Below are positions 24,801 through 39,300 of a stretch of 64,000 nucleotides of DNA, piece after piece. Every line of letters starts with the position of its first letter. Position 1 is the first letter of the stretch. The notes under the pieces were generated by a model. The model saw only the letters and a program-made list of their open reading frames with translations. It was not told where the DNA came from and did no database searches. The position numbers were made by a program, and so were the translations under genes. The DNA comes from Catajapyx aquilonaris (taxonomy: Eukaryota), in NCBI GenBank assembly GCA_000934665.2, contig KZ538009.1, positions 62,001 to 126,000 on the forward strand, written 5' to 3'.

Positions 24801-27800
24801 TGTCAGCATCGGAGAGAAAACTGGTCTCTGGATCGATGGGACGCCCTACCCTACAAACATGAAAAGAGAACCTTACCCGCATCATACCATTTTTCACCTC
24901 TATCCCTGCAGGCTCTCTGAATACTGCAAAATTCCACATGTATCATACCCCCCGAATTTAATTTCAAACCGCGTATTGTTTCCCAGGAGAGACCTGGAAG
25001 TGCTGGCTAATAATCGACACGTGTTCCTGTTGTTTTGATTCCAAATGGCGATTGTGTATAGCCTTTTGCTATGGAAAACCTGCGGGGGGAAAGAAAATAA
25101 CTGAGGGGGGAGAATCTCGTTCATGTAAATGCCGTCGATAGCATTGTTCCGTGGCAGACAATGACGGTTGTAACTCTTGCTACAGAGAACAATCAAGCTT
25201 CATGGGAGAAGCCGCCATTTGGAGATGGGTGCTGATAGAATATATTGGGTAGAGTAGGAGAGAGGGGGGGGGGACTATACCAGAGTGATTAAATCCCGCA
25301 GAATCCCAAATCTAGCTCTGGGTTTGCACACAAAAGGAAGACGGCGACTACGTCTCTGATAAAGACGCTTCCGGGCCGTTTACTTGCATTATTGCTAACG
25401 CGTCACAATGGATTTCCATTACGCTCAGTCCTTTCTCTCTGGAGCTCTTGTGTTTTTTTGAATGACGCGTCACGTCGAGGATTACCGATTCCATTATGAT
25501 CACGGATCATGTTTCGAGGGGGGGTTGAAATTAATCCGGTCAAGGTGCATCTGCTACGCTCAATTACGTCACTGTGCTTTAATTAATCTCGAATCAATAT
25601 TGGAGCCCGCAATGTGTAATCCGCGTTAGTAACTGCACCTGACAAGTGGCCGTCACAATTGAGTGGCGTTACCTTTAGGAAGGACACACACGCCCTTGTG
25701 AACAATGCTTGAAGCTACATTATCAAAATAATCATATAGTATACACCCCGAAAATGTGACTGCGCATTTCACGTCTTCATATGCAAACAGCATCTCGCAC
25801 TGCTTCGAGTCTCCGAATATTTTAAAATTCAATGGAATAAAATCCTTCCAAGACGGGCAAAGTGGAATGCGTTTCTAGCAAATGCGACCCTCTCCAAAAT
25901 ATTGAGATCCGTATGTTTATGTGATGCAAAATTTACGATAGAGAGTCCCACATGCCTACAGAGTCGCGCCTACTCGACCCTCGGAAAAAAAGAGAGAGAA
26001 AAGTAGCTCGCTATAAGGCTAGCTCGTGCAGTGCAGAGCATACTCATGAAATCCGCAACCAGGCTCAACTCCCTAGGTCCCAGTGCAGTGGCTGGAAATC
26101 CGGAAAATTCGGGGCACGCATCTCTCGGTACGCGAAATTTTCTCCGGGCGGCATCCCCAAGACCTCTTGCATAAACATCCTTCCCCCTCCCCCCCTTTTT
26201 GCCCCTTTCCACGGTCTTGTAATGAGAATCCAAGATCCCGAGAGGAGCTCGTCCATTACTACAAGTCTTTCCACTGGCTTGTTCCAGTTAGACTCCAGAC
26301 GAATCTCGTTTTCAGAGAGAGAGAGAAAAAAATATATTGCAGGAGGAGGTAAAACCATCTCAACAAAAGGGACGCTTTTTAACCCCTTTCATAGACCAAG
26401 AGGGTTGTTGGGTCCTTTTGCACTGTAACTTAATTATTCTAGGGAAGTGCATCATGTTGGAAGCTACTTGAGAGCTTGGTTTGGTCTGTCGAATCCGCAT
26501 GTAAAGCCACGTATATTCAAAGTCTGCCGATGAAAACGTGCGTTCAAATGTTGGCTGCCAGTATTACCTAAACTAACGGTTATCTTGCCATAACCATAAC
26601 CAATTCCCTAATGGAATTAACCCTACACATAACTTTCGCTTGTACTTTATGAATTGATCGCCTCGTGCTAGGCATTTTCCAAAGATGAAGTGTTTTAATT
26701 AAAAAACGGTCCGATTAAATCGCTTAAAACAATGGCGTCGAAAAGTTTTCTTAAGTGTACCTTCCGCGTAACTTATTGCCCAAATGAACGGCGGCATAAT
26801 TGGGCAACTTGGAAGTGCATGCTCGGTCAACCCCCTTTCCATTGTTTGTAAAGAGATTTTTCCTGTTTGAGTTTGACACCGGCAGCCCCTGAAGCTAATC
26901 TCTCAGGCTCCCTCCCCTGCTCAAAAACTTCTCGGAAACTATTACTTCAACCGAGTGTGCGGAATTAAAACTGTATTTTCTTGAACTTATAATGAAGCAA
27001 CGGATCCACTCGAACTTTTTGAAACCTGGCCAACAAAAATAGGGAGTAGGAAAAAAATGTAGTTGGGAAGAAAGAGGGGAATGAGAACGAAATTAAGGAG
27101 AAAAAAAAATACCGAGCTAGTTTCGGATCCTCAGGGCAGTTTTTTGGAAAAGGTTTCCTTTCAGACGATACGTTGTTATACTGTATATATAGATTGTAGG
27201 CCTAAACGTCCGAAGTCTACTGTAATTAACCTGGAAAAATTCAATCCTTTCTCCGCTTTTGGTACGTTATGCAGTATACATCTCCAGGGGGTTAGTTTTC
27301 CCAAAGTTTCTATCTCACACTTGCTGCTGTCTGAAAGATTGATTGCGTTTCTTACCTTTGTCGTGCGATAAGACCATGAGGACTGGCGGCAGTAGCAGCA
27401 AGGAGAGGAGCACATGTTGCGCTGCGAAACTCTCCGCCATGCTTCTGCAAAAAAGGAGGAGATAAAAGGTTAATTTACAGTAACATGCACTGTGTAATCA
27501 CGCTCCTGTATTACATGGTAGATCAACGGATAATAATTCATGTCAGAAGCGACATGATTTTTCAATACAACATCTATGCGACATATTAGCTTCAATTTTG
27601 ATTCACAGCGTGTCCTCCCAGACCGCAACTGTACCCGCCACATCACATGTCGCCTGGGTTCCAAAACCCAAAATCGGTTAGCAGCAAGCCTGGTCCAAAA
27701 TGCGTACGTCTGAAGCCATTCAGAGAGACGACAGCTTGAGGAAGCCAAATTGGATGGGCCTGTGTTTCAAGCCCGGAATCCTCCCACCCCCCCTCGGAGC

Positions 27801-28587
27801 AATCGCCATTCTTTTCCCCCAGACCTTCCTCTGATGAAACCACCGCTCCGGGGATATAAATGAAAGCCCTCCCTCCAACAATAAAAGACGGACAGAGATC
27901 CTCTCCGCCCAATGAATACTCGATATCCGGGGGTATTATTTGGACCAACTCTGGGTCCTCCCCACGTGTCATTGGACGTCTGCTCCTTATGCGGAATGAA
28001 CCGGCTCTATTCTTTCTTTTTTTTTCAACCCCTAGGAAATGGGATAGCCCCCAATTCATCACCTCGCAACCTTGGGGACGGAAGCAGGTCCCAAATAGGG
28101 CTTTTCTACCTAGGCCTGGCGCAGAATGAGACGAGGGACCCGCGCCAAAATGCACACCATCGACCGAGATGGAAAAGGTTATTCGATCAATCGTGTTTGG
28201 GGGGGCTGGTGCTGCCCAGGCATTTTCATTTCCCGAGCTAGGAAGCAAAACCTTCCCCTCCCTCACTTTGATCTATGGCACCGACCTGCTAACTGCGAAG
28301 CCTTCGAATACCAAATAACCTATATGTGTTTTGGCCATCAAGGACTGTATGCACCTCCAGTCCGACAGAAAATATGGTATCGTGTAGACGGGGCCAGCAT
28401 GCTGTGCACTCTAGAGTGAGTTGTGGCCTAAAGAGCGACGATGATAGGCTCAAAAAACAGCGCTTTTATTCAGCAGGTCATTCGGGAGTTTACGTTCATC
28501 GTAAAGAACAAAAAGGAACATGCAAAACCATGAGAAAACCCACGTGAACACGGGGAGAAAGTCCGGGAATCTAACGTAGGACTGTTT

Positions 28588-28789
28588 GAGGGGTCCCAGA
28601 TCAAAAACAGAAAAAATGGCCATAAAATTAACAAAAACTGATGATGACTTAACTTTCATTGGTACAACCTTGAACATTTTAAATTTCCATCTGTTGCCGC
28701 AGTTCAGCTACATATGCAAATGTGCAATATTAATACCCTCTGACATTTAAATTACATGATTCCTGCACGTGAACTTGGCTGATGTTGAC
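28588..28789. mobile_element. MITE family B, copy 2 (diverged)
   Basis: Shares GAGGGGTC..AGATCAAAAACAG, CAAAAACTGAT, GCAGTTCAGCTACATA..AAATGTGCAAT and GT.AACTTGGCTG with 18193-18393 in the same order. Confidence 0.75.
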
Positions 28790-30291
28790 ACTTCATAATT
28801 GTCATTAATAAAATATCAAAACGCGTCTGATCGTTTTATGCAAATGAAGTCTTATTTGGGCCTAATTCAGCCAACCAATTATGTTATTATTTCAGCAATC
28901 AGTGGCGTTTAGCAATTATTCCACTTGATCAAACGTTGTGATGACACTTTGGCATACCTGTCCAGGTAAATAAATGCCATTATGATGCAACGTGCGTGTT
29001 GACATTTCAAGTGTGTACACGGTATTGCCAAATGGTCGCTACCATATAATTACAGTTCACATCATGAGATAAGTGTCAGTAATAGCGCCAAAGACCTGCG
29101 TTATCATCCAGCTAAGCTCTGGCTGCATTAAGTCGGTCCTGTGTTCGGCTCCGTTTAAGTCCCCCCCGTTAGTCTTACCGATTTCCGCAATATGCATGTA
29201 CCAGTTTCGCAACTCGGCATCGACTACCCGTGTAAATTGCAAGGTGTCCTCTAACCCGACAAAGTACATATTTCGCCGTGCTAATCCCCTCTTCTCCTTT
29301 TAGCGATACCCGTGTTATCTTGCCCTAGCAGGAACCGTTCCGTGAGCATTTTTGGAAGGTCACGACCTGAATACGCTTAGGCCCCCCCCCCTTCCTAAAA
29401 AAAAGAGGAAGAAGACCGTTTGTTGGTTAATGCTCTCAGCTTTATAACCCTGGCTCCGTTGTCGACACCATTTTGAATCCTGCCCACAAAAACCATATGA
29501 CTCTCCAGGCAGCTGCGACCCAAATGTTGAATTAAACAGAAAAGGAGCTTAGCTGCTCTCGGGTGGAGCGGGGGCTTCGTCTTTTCCGCACACGTCAGCT
29601 GCGGTTTAACCCCTGTAGCCGAGCCTTCATTGGGCAACTGACACGTGGCCAGGACTCCAATGACGTGGCTTTTCCTATTTTTTTATACAAAAAAAACCCG
29701 TCCACTAAATATCCCCGTGGACCTAGTGGGGACATAAAAGAAAACTTTACGGTTACGCTAATGACAAGTCGGTCCGTCCCCTCCTCTTTTTCCAGGGCGA
29801 AAGAAACACAGCCAGGGATCACTTTTACGAACTGTAAAATGTCTTTGTGTTACCCCGTCACCTTCTTATGGGTCTGGGCTCAAACGTGACGTCGGTGATA
29901 AATTATAATGTTTCTCGCTCGTTTTTCGCGAAGAGACGCTTTCTTAAAAGGGGGGAGCCTGATGGAATATGTTTGAATTTCGCATTATGCGTCGTTAAAG
30001 CCCCTCTCCTCTCAAATGGGGTCTGATCCACTGAAGAACCGCTTTTTTTCCTCTTCCCGCAAATATCAGCGTAAATTAGGTTGTAACTTACAGGCTCCCC
30101 TCAGTCCAAGTTTAGGACTCTTGAGCTGGAATTGATGGGGAACCACCAGTCATACAGGCTAGAATGATTGGCATGGAGAGGTGATCATATCAAGATTTGC
30201 ATAGATATCAATCGGTTCATACTTAAAAGGAAATTTTTATTACTACTAGCGACTGACGAGGTCCTCCATCCATTGCACATGCGCGGAATTG

Positions 30292-30401
30292 GGCCAATCG
30301 GAAGCGTCGCGGTAACAATACATTGCCTGAGCCAATCGGAGGCCTCGGTCATAAAGTCGCGGTAACAATAGGCGTCTGACCAATCAGAATGCGTAACCAT
30401 A
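30292..30401 (+). repeat. Three-unit imperfect tandem of CCAATC..GTAAC(A/C)ATA modules
   Basis: CCAAT at 30294, 30332 and 30380. GTCGCGGTAACAATA occurs exactly at 30306-30320 and 30356-30370. GTAACCATA at 30393. Confidence 0.75.
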
Positions 30402-33400
30402 CAACACAAATAGGATTTTAATATTATAGACTTACTATTATTGCAGATATTTATCAAAATATAGAGTGAATACCCTCGATAAGGTCCAGTTTCAGCTCCA
30501 TTTTGACAGGTTCCCCATTTGATTACATGCAACATTATTTCTGAGTCAACCGGCAGTGACGTCTTTCCATCACAAGCAAATTAAGCCACGTGTACCCCCA
30601 AAAGGTCGGGGACAAATCATGTCTAAATCACATTCCCCAGCGCCATTTCTCAAATTGGCTCCCGGAATAGGGTTACGAATGGAAAGGGAAGGAAGGGTGG
30701 GGAGGGGTGAGCGTGACTTTTTAAAAAAAGGCAATGCTAGCTGTGCTCTGGAAATGGTGACAGAAGGCGTGACATCATCAGGCTCGCTGGGACAATAGGA
30801 TCCGGCGGGCCGTGCATTGAATAAATGATGGCTGCGGAGCAAGGAGGACAGTAGAGTCTAGATTAATGTCGACAGCTGGACAGTAGCGTCTTGGCTCAGG
30901 AAAAGGTAGGGGGGATAGGAGGGGGTGGAAGCAAGTTGATGGTGCCAGTAGCTGGAGTTCTCATGGTCCCCACGACATTACCCGGGCGGCTGCACGGAGC
31001 CCTTTCCAGAATAAACATGGCGTGGGTCGGAGGTATATACCTGCAGGAGCCATTCCATCCAGGTGCTGCCCCGCTGTATGTCTCCCTTCCCACAACCGGC
31101 CTATATCTATAAGAAGAAAAAAAGAAGCTCCCTGCATGTCTTTGCCTTAACACAACCCACCCACCCAGTCCCCAACCCACATACGAGACATCGAAGAAAA
31201 AATAGCCTTGGCGTTTTCTTAGGAGAATCCGTTTTTACTTCACTGCAGCTGCTATGGAGCTTACGACTGAGCTGATCACTGTTACTTTTGAGTAGCAGCT
31301 GTTGTCAGCCAAAATTTCTACATTGGCAGAGTACATGAGTGAAGCAAAGGGCAGAAAGTAGCATGTTTGATTTACTAACAGTTAGTTGGATCTTGCGAAT
31401 GTTTGCGGGGCATTTCGTTGTTTCAATAAACTTCAAACGTATGTGTGGGATGCAGTGAGAGTGGTTTGGTTGTGTATGGTACCACTTATGGTTCGCCTGA
31501 GATCAAAGGCGATCAAAGTCCACAAAGGACCTCTGCAGAAAAGTACTGTTGATAATTGCTTGTTGTCGCATGCCGACATTTTTAACCGCTTCATATTTAC
31601 AATGGCATTTTTTTTTTGAAGCTTAGGTTTTAGTATTGTGGTTGCCTCTAATAAAGTGAACAATGCACTTGAAACATTTTTGATATCAAATCAGACTAAT
31701 GAGCCCCAAAGTAACAAGCCGAGTGCACTAATGTCACAAGAATGATCCAGCGTTTGCACACATCATCCCGGATTTTCTAATGCAAGACTCAGTCGACTTT
31801 GGTGATTAGACCCTATTAAAATGATATTAACTCTCTAATATTATTTTGTGATGTTCTGCGCATGTGAATAATGGGAACAACATGAGTGTCTCAGTAGATA
31901 TTTTCTACACTTTTTTGGACGATAGGAGATTTATACCATGCAATCCCCAATACTGGAGTTGTTGACAGGGTGTGGCAAAACAAGCGTGTTATTAGGCCTG
32001 CTACCAACATGATCAATACACTTGGCAAGAGAATTGTACTGCATCTCCGCAATTGTCCCGCAATGTGCATTATACAACGCGGCATTCAAAGCCAAGCCAT
32101 TCTTTTGAAAGGCCCTGTATCGGAATATGTATAGACTACTCGCACTCTGTACAGTGCAGTAGTGAGTAGTCACATTGTTACCCATTGACATTTCAGACCT
32201 TGCGTCTGCCAATACAGTCTTCCTAGTTCGTCCTGAACTACAGTATGTAATAATTGGGATATGCACAGTATACGGTGTCGAATTGAGTTGACAGCGAAGG
32301 TTTATCCCACTTTCAGGGCGTACTCTACGCCTCACAGGCCGTCAAAATCAGCCCACTATTGTCGTTGTTGTGGCCTGCAACCCAACTAAATGACGGCTAC
32401 CTGAAACACTGTACATATAGTCCAAGATTAAGACACTCTGAGTGCAAAAGTCATATCGATTGAGGCCCTTCCAGGTCCTTGTACAAACTCAAAGGCATCC
32501 CCCTCCCCCTCCTCCCAACCTTTCAATTACGGTAACGACCTTACAGATGGCTATTAGCCGGTCCTTTATGACAGGCGACGAGCTTCATCCATTTCGCCGA
32601 TTGCCTCCTTTGCTCTCTCTTTCTCTTCCTTAGTCAGTCCTTAACGACCTAGAATCAGTCCTATCGTGTAGGTGCGGACGCACGGCTATAAAGTACACAA
32701 GTGCGGGAGAATCCAGGGAATTAACCATCATCGAGACTGCCAAATGGCTTATACCCAGTTCATTTTCGACCGTCGCGGGAGAGGGGGGGGGGGATGGGGA
32801 GGGAGGGCTTGAATTTATCGAGAAACTTTTGCAGGGCGAGTGTTAATTAATTTCACCATTAACAACGTCGGGGTCGTCTTCTCCTGGCTGGCCATTAAGA
32901 CGAAGCATCCATCCGAATTCATACAAGGGGAGCTCTCCTGAGGTTTAATATGCGAGACCTCGAACTGTCCGTACTGCGGGAGATGGAACTAAAATCCGGC
33001 GACCCGGAAGCTCAAGGAAGATGATGCAGATTAGCGGCCACAATCTCAAGGCGATCCAATCTAGCGGGAGTCCGCCATTTTGAAGCGCATGAACGGGCAT
33101 GCAAAATGGCGGATGAGAGAAGAGAGAGGGCATTGACCCAGGGCACTACTATCCCTGCTGCACCATTCCCTGATTTTAGGGCGCAAAATTAGCATCTGAA
33201 TGCACTCTGGCGTAATTTACAGCCAGTCTAGTCGGTTGAGCATAGTTTCGCTCTAAGGTCGTTACATTTATGGGACTAAATATTACACGCGACGCGAACC
33301 TCATTTTATATGAGATTGGATATCTTCGCTGCAATTTTGTACAAAGTTGCAATTGACGTTACCTTTCTTGCTATTGTTTATGACGTGCTTAGCAATGGGA

Positions 33401-36257
33401 ATTGCTGATACTCAAAATCTCTCTAGTTAGCGGATGGTAACTGGAAGAGACAGGTTCTTATTGGAAAACATGTTCCGCCACAAGGCTACCAATTTTCTCC
33501 AGACATATAATATATAGCGACGATCTGAACAGTCTGTAATGTATTTGCCAACCTCAATGTTAATTATGCAGTCCGCTGGCTCGTGTACAAAAGGGAAGTG
33601 ACCCCCAGCTGCCTATTTCAACCTGGCTTAGCTGCCCCTGAAGTCACATCCCAATTTAAGATAATATAACAGGTGGACTCTAGCTAGCAACAGTATTTAT
33701 TTTCGTTCCATACCTCAGCATCTGGCTCCTCCATCTTGCAAGATAGCCAATGGCACTGACCTCCGACTTTCTAAACAAGTGAAACCGACTGAAACTTTAA
33801 TGCCTCACGGACGGTTTTCCAGGCGCAAAAACACGCTGGGTCGTATTATCAATTTAGCACGGTCCAAGACATTCGAGCTCAGCTTGTGTTTGCCCTGAAA
33901 AAAATACAAGTCTGGAGAATAGCACCTGGGCAGAGGCCCACACCGCAGATGGACGGATTTAATTTCCACAACGGGGAGACTCCGGGAGCCTTAATTCTGG
34001 AGGCTAGATTTACGGTCAGGACTGGTATCCTGGCGTTGAAAAGCAAGCCCAGTTATTGCCCGACTCAATTTCATCCGAGCCTAGAATCCTTCCAGCGGGC
34101 GTACACTTACTTACTTCTTCCCAAAGCCCGCCCTCGCCCGAAAACCTTCTCAGGCAGCCTAATTGGAATTAGAGTTGCGCAAGCCCTGGCTGATCCTATC
34201 CTCCCGTTTCGGATGCATTTGTAATCAAATTACTGCCCGGATCCGTTACTGTTCACAGGAATAAGAGAACCCAACCGTCGCTCCAAACTGGCTTGACGTT
34301 CCTGGTTATTAACAGGCCCCTAATTGGCAGGCCCCCATCTCTCGACCAAATGTGTTTGGTCAAGTTTGATACGACCAAAGATTGATGGAGCCTCAGAAAC
34401 TTGGCCCTTCATCATTTCCAACTATCAGACAGGGCAATTTTCATGTAGGTCTACTGTATTAAGAAGCGATATCATGCCCAAGTAACGAACCTTGCTGTCT
34501 CTCATTGTCGCAAATGTCCTCTAAGCAGTCCCCCAGAAAACAAATTAGTCTGGCTCCCCTCCTGACGCATAATTTTATGTGTGTGCTTCCAACACATCCG
34601 AATTAATTCTCGCACCTAATTCCAGCAGGGACGTTAGACCCTCCCTTTTTCTCCTCCTCTAGCCAAGAAAAATGTTCTAGGCTTAATAGAAAAAAATAGG
34701 GCCATATATAGGATCGTCCCACATCTGAATACGACTCGAGCGTGTCTCGTCTTCTTCCCGGGCTAACCTCAGAAAGGTAATTTCTGTGATGGGATCTTGT
34801 AATTTCTCTCCTCCCTCCCTTCCCTTTTCTCCCTCCCAGCATCTTCATACCCTCTTTCCCTTGTCCCGAGGGTTCAATTCCACATCTACTAACGAGAAGG
34901 AAGACGCCTCCATCCCCTCGACACAAGATGATGATGGAGACAGCACTCCAGCGCTAGGTAAAGTGAGATACAGACGACTCTTCTCATTTTTTCGGTGCAC
35001 ACATGCATGGTAAAAAAAAAACTAGTGTAATTACATCTTGGTGAAAGGTGAGCAGCAAAAGGTACTCAGTTCCGCACGTTTGAATACCCGTCTGATTACC
35101 CGCACAGGAATTAGGGGGCTCTGGGAAAAAAATGGAGCTGGATGATGCAGCCAATATGAAAGGCCTGAGTCATTTTTATAGGCTTCCAAGAGAAGAAATA
35201 TTGACTCTAATGTCACTCGAGGGATCATAGAGGGGGGGACCAGTGGGGTTAAAGGGCAATGCCTAAGGGTATGGGGGGGACTGGTGTATGGAAAAGGTCT
35301 GGAGGGCACCAGAGATGAGACTGCTCTCCATTATCGTGTAATTGAAATTTATGGCTTTTGGTTTTTACGGTGTCGCAGTACGATGTCAATTTGAGCCGCT
35401 ATTGGTACGCACAACGGTGCATGACACCGAGTTTGGCAACTGCAAATAGCGTGTGTGTGCAAGAAAACGAGTGAACATGGCGTTGCAACAATAAACGGGC
35501 ATCACAGAGTTATAGTGCTGTGGCGGCAATGCACGTGTATTAAATTACACGCATTACAAGCGATATGAAGAGTTAAGTCGACTACATGCCAGACTGTTAC
35601 CGCGTTTACACTGTTTTCATGCCATTTTTTTAATCAGTATAACTGCACCCAACAGTGACACACGAATTAATTTTAGTGGCCTCCCCGCTCCAATTAATGC
35701 TAAGCGAATTGATTTAATTTTAATGCGAAATGTGATACGATTATGTTGAACAACTTGTAATGATTAATTCATCCTGAAGGGGCGAAATATTCATTTGGTT
35801 GTTGTACCATCCCGAGCAAAAAGGTGCACTTCGTGACACAATATGTACTTTGTGACTCTTCCTCGTCCTTTTTCTGAGAGCATGCAGCAGCAAAGGTTCC
35901 GTAATATGAGTTTGTACTTTTTTATTTATTTTTTTAAGTCGGGCAAGGTGCTTGTCCATTGGGAGGCCTGCAGAGCGTGTCGTAAGTGCTCTCTCAGGAA
36001 AGCTTCGTCGGCGAGATACAATCTGTCAGTGCACTCGTCTTCACTGCAAGCCAGCACTTTGAAACGCCTCCCTGAGCACGACCTCTTTTCCTTCGTCTTA
36101 TTTTTTTTTCTACTTCCTCATACAGCATGACTATATGTTCACACTAGTCAACTGCAAAAATATTATCGTCCTTTCGACCTATCAGTCGATCGAACCTAAC
36201 GAGACAACTTGTATTGGAAAACTACTGGTTGTTTCCCCCCGTTCCAAGCAATGTCAA

Positions 36258-36388
36258 GGGCCATTTACACAGAAGTGGGCTCGATCTAGACCGATCCCGA
36301 AACGGATTAATTCGGTTGTTACTTTCATTTTCCGAACTCGATTCGGTTTGGACAGGATCCACTTTTCTACGGACAGTGTAAATGAAGT
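36258..36388. mobile_element. Degenerate MITE with PIF/Harbinger-like termini
   Basis: GGGCCATTTACAC..AGAAGTGG..ACCGA on the left and TCGGT..CCACTTTTCT..GTGTAAATG on the right form imperfect inverted arms. Confidence 0.4.
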
Positions 36389-39300
36389 TCATCATCTGGG
36401 AAGGTAATTCAGTAGACTGGGAGTACTGATTACTGTACGTGACTGGTTAATGAATTTTGATGGGCGTGAAAGCAGCGCCCGGTGGTGGGCCGGACTGATT
36501 AGAAAGGATTTTTGGATAGGAGACACGGTGATTAGATAATGACCTGGCTCCCAGTCAGATAGTAAATGAATGTGTTGGCTGCCATACTGTACTATCCGTG
36601 GAACTGAAAATCTAGTCACTCTTGAAATATTTAATTATGACTGCTGGTTCCCACTGTGAATTATTGCACAGAGGCAGTCCTTCATACTTTAATTAGAGTG
36701 TTTATATGCGCTTGGAGTACCCTAGGCAATGGTTGACATAGGAGTTCAGTGCACTGTTACATCATGTATGTGACATGTTTTATGGCTTTTATATTAAATA
36801 TGACATACAAGCCATGTAGAAGACAATTCTAACTCACCCTGTGCGGCTTCAATAACAAACACTGTATCGACACAGCGCCAATCTCATGGTTGCAATTTTT
36901 GTTGGCGTGTCGGGACCCACATGCAGTGTATTAGCGCTTCTGTACTGGGTATTTAGTGCTCCCATATGGGTTGTATTTTGTTGGAACTTGTGCCCAAGTG
37001 CATCGTGTGGCTTCCCAGCGGGTAGTAAATGACCGTACACACAACCCCGAATATATTGACATGAGGGATAAGGAGCCCACCTCGGGAATTTTAATGCTTT
37101 CTTATGGGACGTATATGCTTCACTGTAAGCCTTTTTAAGCCATTCACACATAACACATAAACCCATCAGCAGCCAGCAAACACGCCACTTTTCCCTGCAG
37201 TGAATCCGGTCCAAATCAAACCCAGAGAAATCCCAGCAGCTCTTTTCAAGCCCAATATAAAGTGGATCCGACAGATCAGTTAGTGTATAAATCTGTAAAA
37301 ATCTGTCTCACAACATTCTAAGCCTCCCCCGCGGACCCAGGAGTATTATGCTGTGAAAGCGAGGGAAAGAAAGAAAACTGATCAAGAAGCCGGGAGGCTT
37401 TCAAGGAAGATTGAAGCTGGCCATTCCAGACCCTCCATACTATATGTAGATGGTTCTCCAAAGACGCTTTTCCCTCTCTACGGTCCTTTTCTTATCTCCA
37501 ACCATTTTTTATACCCTGTCCCAACACCCTCTCTCAAATCGGTCCAAATTCAGGGCCGAACACAGACTCGCTTTCAACGCCCCAATGCAAATGCAAGCTT
37601 GGGAACATGCTTCTTCTCTAAAGTGATTGCTCGAGAAAAGGAATGCCAGTAATTGTCTGCATTGAGGTCACCTGCAAATATTTGTGAGCCACATTCTGAA
37701 ACACAGGTCCGACTGCACAAAAAAGAAAGGGGGGAAAAATCCGGGACTATATCGCGTGATAAAACGCAGTTTAATTCCTTAGCCTGACGATGCAGCAACA
37801 AACAGGCCCTTAATTGAGCCTCTGCATGTGATGCTATTTACTAATCCTATAGAGAACGTTTTTTTTGTTAAATTATCCTTACAATTGCGTCAAGACGCAC
37901 TTAAGCTGAGGCCCACATTCAATTACAGGCCCGATGCATTCTTCTTTTTTTAATGGCCCACCCTGTTTCTTTTTCTTGTTGCTTTCTTTTAGAGCGCGGC
38001 TCAGCAGAAATTAGTGCATGTAATGGTGCCACGTTAATGGGCAAGTACACGGGTTCAAAGACGCGGGGCCTATCGCGCAAGTAGTTTAATTACACCAGCT
38101 AGTCCCATCAGGGTGAAGCATTCTGCAAGTACGGTAATTGCAGGCCTGTAACTTTCAAGAGGCTACAACTTGTAGGCCTATATATACTCGACGCGTGATT
38201 ACGCGCGGTAATACCGCCTGAGTAAGCATTGTTTACGAAATGCTGTAAAATCAGTAATACCGTCCTACATTTCATATATTGTCATACTGTAATGCGTTAT
38301 GTGCTGAGAGCACCCTGTTTTTGTCATTTAGACGTGACAACAAAGCATAAACCCAGGCTGTCAGCATGTGCGACTTTTAATCATCCCCGTTAGCACTCAT
38401 CATTCTCCATTACCTTTTCACAGAGATGACTACGCAGCATCCGGCAGCAGCACACCCTGTGCCAGTGATTAATTTTAATTCAGTCCAAATAAGAGAGGCA
38501 GCTACCTTGGGAGTTTTGACGACACATCAGGATTCTGGATGGCCGGGCATTATATAGTATATATACCCGGGCTTCCCCAACTACTGAATATGGATTTCGG
38601 CGCCTGCTCAGGATGAAATTACTAACCTAATGAGATATGAATTCGGCGGAGAAACACCGACGCAGCGTACTTGATTGCCATTTAGAATTGCATATTAGAA
38701 ACACCTGTGGATTGGGGGGGGAAAGGAAAAGCACCGCTTTTGCTTGCTGTTGCTTCTGCCCGACTTGGCTCTTGATTGTGTATAGAAGCCCCTAATGCAG
38801 AGTCCATTATTTGGCCGGTAATAGATTTATATTACGTGTGGATAAGAGGTGATTAGAGGCCGTTCCTTTCGCATAGCATTTCGCATCGAAATGGAGGACA
38901 ATTTATGGGAATGTAGCACGCAAGTGCTGACTTATCTCGACGTTATGGTCGATGGAAGGGGCAATTGGTAGAAAATTGGCACGCCTAAATGCGACTGTGC
39001 ATTTGCCGTGACTGGAACCAGCGGCCCTTAAATGCATGTTAGCTGGCCACATAAAAAGAGGAAGTGTCTGGCCCCCCCTATTATGTTGCGATTCGCTTTC
39101 AATGGGACACCTGGGGGGGAGAAAAAGAGAGTTATTTTTCCCCCCTTCTTAGCTCGCCTTCAAAGAAAGGAATTTATGGCGCACCGATCGTATAATGATA
39201 CTACTAAGGCTCAACTTTTGTCAGACGAAGGGAAACCCTTCCCGAAGAAAACCGGAAAAAGTCGCTGCAAAAATAATTGTCAAAAGTAGCCCCCCCAAAG

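Noticed and set aside
27643..28266. 207-aa minus-strand ORF, the longest in the supplied track
   Set aside because: GTG start, no recognisable motifs, and composition driven by homopolymer runs. Likely a chance frame in a GC-rich block.
15674..30401. Short direct repeats considered as CRISPR-like arrays (15674, 30306)
   Set aside because: Only 2-3 units, no regular unique spacers, no cas genes, and a eukaryotic intron-containing context.
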